Position numbers and translations under genes: made by a program. A DNA stretch of 64,000 bases, from contig NC_086097.1 in assembly GCF_963921235.1 (NCBI RefSeq), forward strand, positions 51,090,001 to 51,154,000, written 5' to 3'. The notes beneath the pieces are model-generated. The model worked only from the letters and a program-made list of their open reading frames with translations. It was not told the DNA's origin and did not search any database. Positions 50,951-64,000 of the stretch are shown one piece after another. The stretch comes from Mobula hypostoma (taxonomy: Eukaryota). Within the stretch, counting starts at the first letter, position 1. Every line of letters starts with the position of its first letter.

Positions 50951-52697
50951 CTACGGTCAGATCTACCTATCACACATACCTAAACACACCCAAGAATGCA
51001 TTGGGGGCAGCCTGCAGGGTTTGCCACATATTTTGGCATTAACATGTCTTGGGTGCAGGTAGTTGGCAGAAAGATGGCCCTAACAGCGTGTGTCTGTGCT
51101 GTAGTCGTCCAAGACAATAATTACAGACATTTTAAAAAATCTTTCAAGTCTACTTCCTTTCAACTTCCTTTTGCACAAAGTCACCCATGATTTAGATTCC
51201 AAATTTGGACCAGCATTGCTCTGCAGCAGACTACCGAGAAGCTTACTCTTTGTTTCACCCTTGCTTCTTGTACTTCACTCAAGCAAAGTAGGCATATTGT
51301 GAGAACTCAGGACCTTAAATTCAAGTTTGTGGGAGAGTAAATTGCCGGAGTAAGACTACATCATGAAAAATAAGTGAAATTCTGATTAACATTTTGATGT
51401 TCCTGTGAGTTAAATAACATGCAAAACAAACTTCAAATCCTGGAAAACAAAAATCTGGAAGTAAAAGAATGTGGCAAATTAGTCAGCAATAGATATTTCA
51501 TTCCTGCTGTGTCAGGGTACTAAGATGATTAAGCAGTTAAATTACTGTAGCTATCAAATGAGATTCTTACGCTAACAAAAACTAAAAAAGCAGGAAGTGT
51601 GCTATGATAATGCCCAATTATTATTGACTAAGTATTATATAAATATTATTGACTAAGCAAGAAGAACAACTTGCTTCGTCAAATTAGTTTCAACAGATTG
51701 CCAGTGCAGCTAGCTTGATTGTGGAGAAATCATACTTGAATAATTCTCTATTCATTTCAAAATGCAAGGCAGAACAGGGCAACAAATGCTTAGATGTAGT
51801 AAAATTATTTAACAATGTGATTAGTGTCTAATGCACAAAACGATAGAAATCTAAATTTTACGCTGAAAGCTCTAGTTTTACAAAAGCTGAAAAGAATTTT
51901 TTTAAAAGAGCTTGAGCAACCGTGCAAAACAAACTCTTTATATGACCACACTGCAATCGGAGGAGAACACAACTAGTCAGAATAGGAAATCCCATGAGTT
52001 CTGTCATTTATTTAAGATGTAATACTGTACCGATATTGAAGGCAAGGCTATTGGCTAGCAGGGCATGCAGCACTCAATGTATAAAATAAAGCACCAGTTT
52101 ACAGTATACAAGTTCAAAAAGATGACCAGTAAATAAACATCCAATTAACAACTCTTAAGCTTCAGCCTTCAAAAACTTAGACACATGACTTTCCATAGAT
52201 TAAATACTATTACCCATTGTGCTGTACCAATTAACTTCGAATATATATTCAAATAAATGCAGCAAACTAACAGAAATGGTTAGTCTAATCATATAAATTT
52301 TGAACATATTTTGCTTAGGTTCAAATAAATAGGCATGACTTTTTATATTAGTCACTGAAGCAAAACTAAAGTGCATTTTCTTATAATTCTGAACATTAAT
52401 ATCCATTTAAAATACTACTGATTTCACAAATTTGCTATAAACAAAATAAACCATTTTAGCGCTTGAAAAAGACACCATCCACTGATGCATGCCAAATAAA
52501 AATGACATGATATTCAATGTGCACATGGTTCTCCAGATAGTTATGATAACACAGAACATTTATTAAATGCCTATGAGTGAATGGGCTTAAAATGAGGTTT
52601 AAACAGATTCCCAAGAATCTTTTATTTAATCCATGCGCTATTATATTGCTACCATGGTTCCTTTATGGATAACGAATATGTTTTTGTGTCCATATAG

Positions 52698-52805
52698 GCT
52701 CTATTCAGGCTATATGATGCGGCTACAAGTCACAGACACATTTATCACCACACCTTCCTTGCAGCACAACCGGAAACCAGTGCAGACACCAAGAAGAAAA
52801 AATGA
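52698..52805 (+). CDS. ATL1: Atlastin-1 last coding exon 14: ALFRLYDAATSHRHIYHHTFLAAQPETSADTKKKK*
   Basis: catatag|GCT...TGA at 52803-52805. Resembles the human tail [20 protein letters not shown]...KKKM and ends in a dilysine ER-retrieval-type motif. Confidence 0.92.
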   Translation, partial: ALFRLYDAATSHRHIYHHTFLAAQPETSADTKKKK

Positions 52806-53569
52806 TTCGACCAGATTCCTTTGCGTATAATCACAAGGGAAAATTGTGGTTATTATTGTGCATTCACATGCCACTAATCCAAGAAGTGCTATATAAATGG
52901 AAAGCCAATGATAGCTTAAAACTAAATGAAATCATATATCAACACTTGAACACTGTGCTGGCTTTCACTTAGTTATGTTGCGAATTGTACTGTAAAGATG
53001 TGCTAGTTTGCATGATTTTGTTAACTGTTGATGAGTCAAATGTTCTTCCATCAATATACAGTAATTTTTAAGAATTATTTTAAGTAACAATTGGCATTTT
53101 CACACAGCAGGACGTTTGTCTTCCGTAGGAACTTCCATATTCTGTTACAGCATTGCACATTTATTGAATGTTTCAGGTTAAAACATGTCTTAAAATGCAG
53201 GTTGTCTTTACAGTTAACAGATTGCAATGTATTTTAAAGATTGTCATTTTTGTTCGTGGTGACAGACATTTCTACAAACGTATGATAAATTTGTGACATT
53301 ATGTTAGGATAATTTTACTTAACAGATCCGTATGGATGTCCCAATATAAAAAAAGTTAATTGCAAGTACATCTTCTTCAATTTAAGGCCAAAACAGGCTG
53401 TTGAACAAAAATCAGATCAATAAGCTATTGCTGCTTTTAGTGCAGAGCACAAATACACTATGTATAAAATCCACGTCAAATAGCTGCTCTATTCTAAAAA
53501 GTTTTTACTTTTCATTCTGCAGATAATGGCTATTGCGCATAAGTGAAGTCTTGATTTTACAGAGGGAAA

Positions 53570-53575
53570 AATAAA
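53570..53575 (+). promoter_or_regulatory. Candidate ATL1 polyadenylation signal (AATAAA)
   Basis: First AATAAA noticed downstream of the stop codon. Others occur at about 53983 and 55153, and the region is AT-rich, so chance matches are likely. Confidence 0.3.
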
Positions 53576-55917
53576 AACACATTATCTGAAGTAAAAAGGA
53601 AATTGGTATGAAATCTTTTGAAATGAGGCAGAAAGCCTGGCTGAAGAGCCTGGTATGATTATAAAGCTCAAACCCAGTGCAGTTTTACCAGATGAATTTC
53701 AATGTTCAGCACAAACATGAAATCAGAATTAAACAGTTTCCAGCTAAAGAGTATGCAGCCTGGTGCTGTTTATTTTCTGGTCTATACATTGCTACCAAAA
53801 ATCTTTGGAGAGTTTATCTTACAAAATTTAGTGGACCTTTAGCAGAAATTCACTATCTCGATTAAGTGATTTCTATACATAGTAACAATAATTTCCATTC
53901 ACATAAAAGCACCACCCACACCTTTGCCCATCTAAAGCACAAATAATGAGGAAGTATTTTTATAACACAATCAACTATTCATAATAAAAACTTTCTTTCT
54001 CATTTGTGCAGTGCTTCCTTTGTGAGATGTTAATCTTAGCTGCATGCTAGATGGGGGGATTAAAACATTTAATATAACAGTTTCACTTTTCCCTTTTAAA
54101 CTTCTATTTTATATCTACTCTTACAGTTTAATGTAAGTATGTGCAGAATATTTGAGCATCTCATTGTCTAAGTTTATCTATTCACTTCTGCTGTTGCAAT
54201 CAGATTATTTCACCACTTCCTGCTTTAACAAAATCACTACAAACAAGGTTCATGAGTTGAAGGTAGATGAGAGTTATTTAGCATTTCATTCTTAATCAGA
54301 GTTGAATTGCTGAAAATATTGAGTACTGTGACATTTTCACTATTATATTGGATGGGAAAGCTAATTTTAAGTTCTAAACACTAATTTACAAATTAAAAAT
54401 GAAATTTTGTTCAAGCTTGATAGATTTCACCTATTTGATATCCTCATATAATACCCATTTTAAAGACTGTCAAATCATTTTTATTATTAAAGTTATGTTA
54501 TGTAGTAGACCCAACTCTCTGGATATGTCAGCTACTTTTAATTTTCTTATATCTATAAATAGATACAAATTTGGAAATAATTGTGCCTGATTACTGATGT
54601 CAATGGCAGGATATAGGGTAAAATAGATTTATAACATATTAAATGTTTGCTATGACATACCGTACATAGCAGAAACTAAGAAAAACATGAAATGATTATG
54701 AAAGTTGCACCACTTTTTCCCTGGGCCACATTATAAGTTGCGTAGTCCCAGCTGATGGGTCTCCAGAAATTGCAAATGTGCCATAAAGCATCACAACTCA
54801 CAGGAGCCATGAGACTTAAGACTACTCCACTATCTAACAAATTTCAGAGATGATTTACCAGGAACAATACTCCATCGTAAGGCTGTTTAAGAAAAAAAAA
54901 GACCCTTAGCTGTTTCTGAAAAACATAAATTTGGAGCTTTATCTATGTTCCTTCCCAACTAAATAGATCCAAGTTAAGTGGCATATTAAATTCTTAACTG
55001 GTTATATAGTGTAATGTCATTCTTTGCACTTTTAAAAAAAGCATTTGAAAATAAGAAAGTTGAAATGCAGTTAAACTCTAGTAAATACTGTTATATTGCA
55101 AAAAAACTGCAATTTATTCTTGCCTTATTGTAATTGCTTAAATCATTTGATAAATAAAAACTTAGTGTTATAGTGATCATAGTTGCTTTGCCAAATTATT
55201 CAAAGCTTTGATATATTACATTTTGCAATTCATAGACTGTGCTAATGAAAACATTAAGTTATTCCACATAGCCATTCTCTTCCTGTCTAAATAATGTATT
55301 TCAGTTCCTCAGGTTGAAGTAGCTATCGCACGTCTGTCAAAACACAATCTTCAACTCCTCGTTACCATTTATAACTGTGTTTTGAAATAACCAATGGCCT
55401 GGTCTGTTGATATACACTAAAAAAATAAAAAATTTCTTTACTGGATTCAGCAATATAAACCTGCCAAGAGGTTTGCTTGCATCTGAAATGTTGAGGTCAA
55501 AATGTTAACAGCCATAGCTAATGCTTTGAAGCCTTGATTTTAAATGCTACCTATAGCCAGTGGATAATCCACTGGTAAAGGCCAACCTACCTGTTTGAGA
55601 CCTGTGTTTTGTGTAGGAGTTGCTGATTTGAACTAGACTAAGTGCCAGCAGTTTGCCACAGCATTTACAAACGTTCTCACAAAATGTAAGTCATGGTAAC
55701 AAGTAAAATTATTCAGCGTTCCAGTCTTTGAATCGAAGTCAGAATAAGATGCCAGTTTTCTATGATCACTTGAGTTTCAGCTCTCACAAACACCAATGCA
55801 CCTTTAGCCAATTTGAAAGTCCTTTAGCGAGATTGAAATCAAGGTCCCAGGGTAAAAATCTGAGAAAACTGCTATTTCAAACATCAAATAAGACATGTGT
55901 TGTTAAAAATTTATGAT

Positions 55918-57957
55918 AAAATAACATCTCCACCTCAATGACAATCAACACTGGCACACCCCAGGGATGGGTGCTTAGCCCACTGCTCTACTCTCTCTAC
56001 ACCCATGACTGTGTGGCTAGGCACAGCTCAAATGCCATCTGTAAATTTGCTGATGGTACAACCATTGTTGGCAGAATTACAGATGATGACAAAAAGGTGT
56101 ACAGGAGCGAGATATATCATTTAGTTGAGAGGTGTCAAAGCAACAACCTTGCACTCAATGTCAGCAAGACGAAAGAACTGATTGTGAACATAAGAAATAG
56201 GAGGAGTAGACCATCTGGCCTTTGAGCTTGCTGCACCATTCAAAAAGATCACGGCTGATCTGGCCACGGACTCATCTCCAACTACTTGCCTTTTCCCCAT
56301 AACCCTTAATTCTCCTACTATGCAAATATCTATCCAACCTTGTCTTAAATATATTTACTGAGGTAGCCTCCACTTCTTCATTGGGCAGAGAATTCCACAG
56401 TTCACCACCCTCTGGGAAAAGCGGCTCCTCCTCATCTCAATCCTAAATCTATTCCCTTGAATCTTGAGGCTATGTCCTCTAGTTCTAGTCTCACCTATCA
56501 TTAGAAACAACTTTCCTGCCTCTATCTTATCTATCCTTTTTATAATTTTATATGTTTCTATAAGATTTCCTCTCATTCTTCTGAATTCCAGCGAGTACTG
56601 TCACAGGCAACTCAATCTCTCCTCATAGTCTAACCCCCTCATCTCTGGAATCAACCTAGTGAACCTCCTCTGCACCACCTCCAAAGCCAGTATATCCTTC
56701 AAGTAAGGAGACCAGATCTGCACGTAGTACTCCAGGTGCGGTCTCATCAGTACCCGGTATAGTTACAGTATAACTTCCTTGCTCTTAAATTCAATCCCTC
56801 TAGCAATGAAGGCCAACATCCCATTTGCCTTCTTGATTGCCTGCTGCACCTGCAAACCAACTTTTTGCGATTCATGCTCAAGCACTCCCAAGTCCCTCTG
56901 CACAGCAGCAAGCTGCAATTTTTTCCCATTTAAATAATAATCTGCTCTTCCATTTTTCCTTCCAAAGTGGCTGACCTCATATTTAACAACATTATATTCC
57001 ATTTGCCAGACCCTTGTCCACTCACTTAACCTATCTATATCTCTCTGCAGATTCTCCGTATCTGCACGATTTGCTTTTCCATTCAATTTAATAGCATCAG
57101 CAAATTTAGATACACTACACTCAGTCGCCACTTTGACTGTTAATGTATATTGTGAACAATTGCTGAGCCAGCACCGGCCCCTGCGACACACCACTCACCA
57201 CTGATTGCCAACCAGAGTAACTCCCATGCATCACAACTCTCTGCTTTCTATTAGTTAACCAATCCACTGTCCATGCCAATACATCACCCCCAACTCCATG
57301 TATCCTTATCTTATGGATAAGTTTTTTATGCAGCACGTTATCGAATGCCTTCTGGAAATCCAAGTAAGTAACATCCATCTGTTCCCCTCTATCCACTGCG
57401 TTCATTATATTCTCAAAGAACTCCAGTAAGTTTGTCTAACAGGACCTGCCTTTGCTGAATCCATACCGTGTCTGCCTGATGGATCCATTTCTTTCCAGAT
57501 GTGGACTTCAGGAAGTATAAGGTGAGGAAACACAAACCAATCCTCATAGAGGCATCAGAAGTGGAGAGAGTGAGCAATTTCAAGTTCCTGGGTGTCAATA
57601 TTTCTGAAGACCTAACCTGGACGAAACATATTGCTGCAGCTATAAAGAAGGCAAGACAGCAGCGGGGGTGGGGAGAGAGGTGCCTACTGCACAAGATCGA
57701 AATAAGTTGCAGAAACTTGTAAAATTAGTCAGCTCCATCATGGGTACCAGCCTCCATGGTATCCAAGACATCTTCAAAGACAGTGTGCCCTCTTCACACT
57801 GTGCCTTGGGAAGGAGGTACAGCAGCCTGAAGGCACACAGTCAGCAATTCAGGAACAGCTTCTTCCCCTCTGCCATCCAATTTTTAAATGGGCATCGAAC
57901 CCATGAACACTACCTCACTATTTTTTTTATTTCTGTTATTTTGCATTACTTGTTTTA
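55918..57957 (+). mobile_element. Rex/Babar-like LINE 3' half, split by a CR1
   Basis: NTGTPQGWVLSPLLYSLYTHDC...LNVSKTKELIV (55938-56187) resumes as DFRK...FKFLGVNISEDL (57501 onward) and FRNSFFPSAIQFLN. Confidence 0.85.
56188..57500 (-). mobile_element. CR1 LINE 3' part nested in the Rex-like element
   Basis: ORFs 56355..56576, 56763..57194 and 57121..57405 (all -) carry CR1 RT motifs. The flanks tgtgaac and tgtggac are TSD-like. Confidence 0.88.
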
Positions 57958-57988
<31 letters not shown>

Positions 57989-57991
57989 CAC

Positions 57992-58026
<35 letters not shown>

Positions 58027-58323
58027 CACATACACACACACACATACACACACATATATACACATACACACACACATACACACACATATATACACACACA
58101 CACACACATATATACACATATACACATACACACATATATATATACACATACACACACACACACATATATATATACACATACACACACACACACATATATA
58201 TATATACATACACACACACATACATATATATATACACACATACACACACACACACACACATATATATACACACACACATACACACACACACACACATATA
58301 TATATATACACACACACATACAC

Positions 58324-58404
<81 letters not shown>

Positions 58405-58807
58405 CACACACACATACACACACACACATATATATATACACACATACACACACACACACATATATATATACACACATACACACACACATATATATATACA
58501 CACATACACACACACACATATATATATATACACACATACACACATATATATATACACACATACACACATATATATATACACACATACACACACATATATA
58601 TATACACACATACACACACACATATATATATATACACACATACACACACACACACACATATATATATACACACATACACACACACACATATATATATACA
58701 CACACACATATATATACACACATACACACACATATATATATATACACACATACACACACATATATATATATACACACATACACACACACACACATATATA
58801 CACACAT

Positions 58808-58842
<35 letters not shown>

Positions 58843-58853
58843 GACATATACAC
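57958..58853. repeat. Compound (CA)n/(TA)n microsatellite, about 0.9 kb
   Basis: Seen directly. It explains the spurious 288-355 aa low-complexity ORFs. Confidence 0.98.
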
Positions 58854-59283
58854 ATTTTCTCTATATTTATTTATCATATATTTCTTTGTACTTGGACACC
58901 AATTCCATGTGCTAAACATTACACTCTGCAGGACATACACAAGAGCATGGCATAGTTAAGTTGAACAAAACCACACCATGACAATAGAAAAGGGTGGGTA
59001 AAGTGATTTCCTCTCTGAAATATATATATATATATATATATAAATATTTTTCAAATTAGTAATACAAAATATTACCCATTATTTGTATAGAATTTATGTC
59101 ACAGAGGCAATGCAATAAACAAATTATTGCTATCCAACTAATTTTTTCCAGCATCTTTGCTAATGGACTCAATGAATCATCAATCCACTGAAGTGTAATT
59201 TACAGGGTATGAAAACGATAAACTACCATCACATTCTCGTTGAAAATAAATCACATACCGCATCAGCATTTTTAACTTAAACT

Positions 59284-59860
59284 ATGCAGGTTGACTCTGT
59301 GGTTAAGAAGGCATACAGTGTATTGGCCTTCATCAACCGTGGGATTGAGTTTTGGTCACCTCACTACAGGAAGAATGTGGAAACCATAGAAAGGGTGCAG
59401 AGGAGATTTACAAGGATGTTGCCTGGATTGGGGAGCATGCCTTATGAGAATAGGTTGAGTGAACTCGGCCTTTTCTCCTTGGAGTGACCTGATAAAAGGT
59501 ATATAAGATGATGAGAGGCATTGATCGTGTGGATAGTCAGAGGCTTTTTCCCCAGAGCTGAAATGGCTATCACAAGAGGGCACAGTTTTAAGGTGCGTGG
59601 AAGCAGGTACAGAGGAGATGTCAGAGGTAAGTTTGTTTGTGTTTTTTTTTACACAGAGAGTGGTGAGTGCGTGGAATGGGCTGCCAGTGATGGTGGTGGA
59701 GGCGGATACGATAGGGTCTTTTAAGAGACCCCTGGATAGGTACATGGAGCTTAGAAAAATAGAGGGCTGTGGGTAACCCTAGGTAATTTCTAAAGTAAGG
59801 ACATGTTCAGCACATCATTGTGGACTGAAGAGCCTGTATTGTGCTGCAGGTATTCTATGT
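59284..59860 (+). mobile_element. CR1 LINE 3' part (second subfamily), internally deleted
   Basis: QVDSVVKKAYSVLAFINRGIEF/WSPHYRK. Homologous to 30822-31502. Confidence 0.88.
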
Positions 59861-60608
59861 CACCTGCAAGAATTTCCCAGCAGCAATGGTTGTCACCGAG
59901 TTAGCATATATTCAAATGCTGATTTGCTAATTTTATGGCTAGTATTTATCGTTGGGCTATTAAGTAATCAACCTCATAGGACAAGCATAAAATTCAGACC
60001 AGATGATGATGGCAGGGTTGTTCTGTCAAAGATGTGCCCCAGCCAAGAATTCCAACTGTACTTGCCATATTGGGATTTGAATCCAGTTCTCTGAATCATT
60101 ACTCCATGTACTGTATTGCATTACAATCTGGTAAAATTAAGCACTATGTATCGTTATGTTATGAAACTATTTAGTATAGATCTGACTTGTATTTGACATG
60201 AAGCAATAAAATGTTTACCTTCACAGTTCTGACAAAGAAAATTTTTGATTTGAAATGTTAAAAGTTTCTTTCCATAGATTCTACCCAACCTGCTAACCAT
60301 TTCCATTACCTTCTCTTTGTTTTAGGATTTTCAGCACCTACAATTTTTGGATTTTTTGCCTTATGCAAATTATGAACCCCTCTCCTCTCAACTTACTTCA
60401 TTTAGAACACTTAATTAAAATGATAAATTACATCAATTTAAAAACCTTGACCAAATCAACATAGCTTATAGTCCTGGCTGCCAGCAGGGCTGCCAATGCA
60501 GTCAAGTACCAAGTTCAGAATGTAGAAGAATTCTGAACACAGAAATGTGGGTATAAAGTTGTGGTAGCTTCAAAATGATTACAATCAAGCTTTTGTCCAT
60601 GTAAACAT

Positions 60609-60899
60609 GTTTGAGGATAGAGGGGAAGCCTTTTAGGACCGAGATTAGGAAAAACTTCTTCACACAGAGAGTGGTGAATCTGTGGAATTCTCTGCCACAG
60701 GAAACTGTTGAGGCCAGTTCATTGGCTATATTTAAGAGGGAGTTAGATATGGCCCTTGTGGCTACGGGGGTCAGGGGGTATGGAGGGAAGGCTGGGGCGG
60801 GGTTCTGAGTTGGATGATCAGCCATGATCATAATAAATGGCGGTGCAGGCTCGAAGGGCCGAATGGCCTACTCCTGCACCTATTTTCTATGTTTCTATG
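60609..60899 (+). mobile_element. Young CR1 3' end (291 bp) with 7-bp TSD
   Basis: Near-identical to about 20423-20713. TSD taaacat at 60602-60608 and 60900-60906. Confidence 0.92.
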
Positions 60900-62100
60900 T
60901 AAACATCATTCCATGGGAGAATTCAGAAAGCAAAAAGATGCCTTAAATACTTTACCAGTCAAGCAGAATTTCTTTGGTAAGAAAATCAGTTATTGCTTCA
61001 GTTATTTTTGCCTCAAAAATGTCAACAACCTGAATTTACCATTTTCAGTTTATATTTTACATTTTCAACATTCACAAAATTCTACGTTTATATCACATAA
61101 CTTAAAGTTTAAACTTTGCAAATTAATATACAGATTTCCTAAAACTGCTGATTATAGATTGTGATCTAGGATTTAATAATAATTTTTTTTATGTTATTTC
61201 AAAACATTTACCTTCATAATGGACCTGGTTAAGTAAATAATCAGACTTGGTGTCAAGAGTATGGTTATTTGAGATTATTTAAGGTGCCCTGGTGTCTTCA
61301 TAGGAAGTCTCAATTAGAAGTAATTTATCAAGAGTAGAATTGTTTCAAAAATCTTGAAGGTTACTTGAGATCACCATGATGGTCTTCATTTCCTGAAATT
61401 AGTTTGAAATGTAAAATTTGAAATGGCATCCACTCTACATCATTGGAAAAAACAAGTGCCACTCTCCCTTTTGCATCACTGCCCTGGAGAATGAGGCTTG
61501 CAAACAGAGCCGCATGTTGCTGTGTAGTATAATGGATAAAAGTGGTAGACATGAATCAGACTATACTGCTACCTCTGGTCACCTGATCTTGCAGCTAGGC
61601 AAGATCTTGCTATTCCTTCTGAATTGAATGAGCCAGTGAGGTCTTATTGCCATCAAACATCATGCAGCGTTATAAAGCCCTGCCAAAAAATGCCACAACA
61701 GAAGACAAAGCTGGAGGGAGAGTTTTTGCCAAAGCTGTGAGTGAGTCATAATAGTTTTTATCTACTAAAATTAAAAACATTCTATGTTTTTAAGGTAATT
61801 AAAACCTTGCCTGCTGCTCTCTAACTGGCATGTATGTATAGAATTCCTACTATACAATAGGTCTGACCAGGCATAGGATTGGAGAACAGGGTCTTCCAGA
61901 TAATTCTGAGGCATCCCAGCAAGATATGGCTCTTCTTCGTAAAAGATTAGCACAGTGCTATTTGTTGCTCAGGAAATCTTGGAACTCACTATATGCACAA
62001 ATTAATTAGGACCTGAATTCCTCTTCATCATCTCCTGAAGCTGAAGAAACTCTTCACCTGGCTGTACATCAAAATGACCAGGACTGTGGCTTATCTAAAT

Positions 62101-62179
62101 CAGCGGTTCCCAACCAGGGGTCTACAGACCCCTCAATTAATGCTAACGAAAAAGGCATAAAAAAGGTTGGGAACCCCTG
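62101..62179. mobile_element. 79-bp hAT-type MITE, same family as 28354-28432
   Basis: TIRs cagcggttcccaacc and ggttgggaacccctg. Confidence 0.8.
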
Positions 62180-62719
62180 ATTCTCTTGTGGATTCCAACA
62201 GTACTGATTATAAATGAGTCACCACTAATATAGAAGTTGAAGGCACTCTTCCCAAACTTTGGAACTTACGATTACAGTAAAACTATGCAAAAAGTCCGAA
62301 AGAATTTTGAGAATTGAAGGTTTCATTCTGCTCAAAATATTACTTACAGCATGTATATTTTTCCCCTAGCTCTGCATACAAGACAATAAGCAACATTAAA
62401 AACACTGGATGGCAAATTTCTTCCGAAAGTGTTGCTTCCTCTGAATTTTTTGTTTTGATAGACCGCTTGAAGCTGAACACAAATATAATTTCAGGTTACT
62501 TGTATCACATAGGAATTTGGAGAAGCAAGAAATTAACTTCTATTGAATTGCATTGTTTTTAATTGCATACCAGTGCTGACGCTTTGCAATAGTTCAACTA
62601 GCTAAAGACATTTTCTTGTTGATTTTCATTTGTGTTCAGTGTCTGAGGCTTCTCGCTTAAGTGTCCAACAATAATTAGTCAGCATTGATGGATTCTAGTT
62701 GCCTTGATACTGTTACTAT

Positions 62720-64000
62720 ATAACCATATAACAATTACAGCACAGAAACAGGCCATCTCGGCCCTTCTAGTCCGTGCCGAACACTTACTCTCAGCTAGTC
62801 CCACCGACCTGCACTCAGCCCATAATCCTGCATTCCTTTCCTGTCCATATAGCTATCCAATTTTACTTCAAATGACAATATCGAACCTGCCTCTACTACT
62901 TCTGCTGGAAGCTCATTCCACACAGCTACCACTCTCTGGGTAAAGAAGTTCCCCCTCATGTTACCCCTAAACTTTTGCCCCTAATTCTCAACTCATATCT
63001 TCTTGTTTGAATCTCCCCTACTCTTAATGGAAAAAGCCTATCCATGTCAACTCTATCTATGCCCCTCATAATTTTAAATACCTCTATTAAATCCCCCTCA
63101 ACCTTCTACGCTCCAAAGAATAAAGACCCAAAGAATAAAGACCCAACTTGTTCAACCTTTCTCTGTAACTTAGGTGCTGAAACCCAGGTAACATTCTAGC
63201 AAATCTTCTCTGTACTCTCTTTATTTTGTTGATACACTTCCTATAATTCGGTGACCAGAACTGTACACAATACTCCAAATTTGGCCTTACCAATGCCTTA
63301 TACAATTTTAACATTAAATCCCAACTCCTATACTCAATGCTCTGATTTATAAAGGTCAGCATATCAAAAGCTTTCTTCACCAGCCTATCCACATGAGATT
63401 CCACCTTCAGGGAACTATGCACCATTATTCCTAGATCCCTCTGTTCTACTGCATTCTTCAATGCCCTACCATTTACCACGTGTGTCCTCTTTTGATTAGT
63501 CCTACCAAAATGTAGCACCTCACATTTATCAGCATTAAACTCCATCTGCTATCTTTCAGCCCACTCTTCTAAATGGCCTAAATCTCTCTGCAAGCTTTGA
63601 AAACCTACTTCATTATCCACAACTCTATCCATCTTAGTATCATCTGCATACTTACTAATCCAATTTACCACCCCATCATCCAGATCATTAATGTATATGA
63701 CAGTCAACATTGGACCCAGTACAGATCCCTAAGGCTCACCACTAGTCACCGGCCTCCAACCTGACGAACAGTTATCCACCACTACTCTCTGGCGTCTCCC
63801 ATCCAGACACTGCTGAATCTATTTTACTACTTCAATATTAGTACCTAACAATTGAACCTTCCTAACTAACCTTCCGCGTGGAACCTTGTCAAAGGCCTTA
63901 CTGAAGTCTATATAGACAACATCCACCGCTTTACCCTCATCAACTTTCCTAATAATCTCTTCAAAAAATTCAATAAGATTTGTCAAACACGACCTTCCAC
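62720..64000 (-). mobile_element. CR1 LINE 3' part running off the window end
   Basis: ORF 63087..63545(-) has EFNADKCEVLHFG...LVRPNLEYCVQFWSP, with further RT motifs up to 64000. Confidence 0.9.

Noticed and set aside
57884..58955. Four long ORFs (288-355 aa) rich in C/V/Y/I or H/T/Y/I
   Set aside because: They are translations of the CA/TA microsatellite, not genes.
60219..60228. Apparent 10-nt minus-strand microexon (ttgtcag|aactgtgaag|gtaaac)
   Set aside because: Its acceptor lies inside a decayed Penelope-like hammerhead repeat, so it is probably a chance match.

Overview
Eukaryotic (vertebrate) genomic DNA, most likely a cartilaginous fish (ray or shark). That assignment is an inference from the repeat landscape, which is rich in CR1, Rex/Babar and Penelope elements. 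The window holds 12 coding exons of atlastin-1 (ATL1) on the + strand, equivalent to human exons 3-14: 8783-52805, 1392 nt spliced, 463 aa plus stop. These include the 15-nt GSTNE microexon and a C-terminal KKKK. Exons 1-2 lie upstream of the window. The introns are packed with nested transposable elements: young and old CR1 LINEs, Rex/Babar-like LINEs, a Vingi/Ingi-like LINE, a fragmented Gypsy LTR element, a full-length but frameshifted Tc1/mariner, hAT-type MITEs, a decayed Harbinger transposase and a ~0.9 kb (CA/TA)n microsatellite. The most striking observation is a family of short Penelope-like terminal repeats carrying a minimal type-I hammerhead ribozyme motif (AGUC-CUGACGA-stem II-GAAA-CGUC^GACU). 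Twice these occur as self-contained palindromic insertions of about 220-270 bp with 13-14 bp target-site duplications (33949-34220 with perfect 111-bp arms, and an older copy at 7033-7256). This suggests a mobile, non-coding, two-ribozyme hairpin unit. Repeat family names come from recognising protein or terminal motifs by eye, and most repeat boundaries are approximate.
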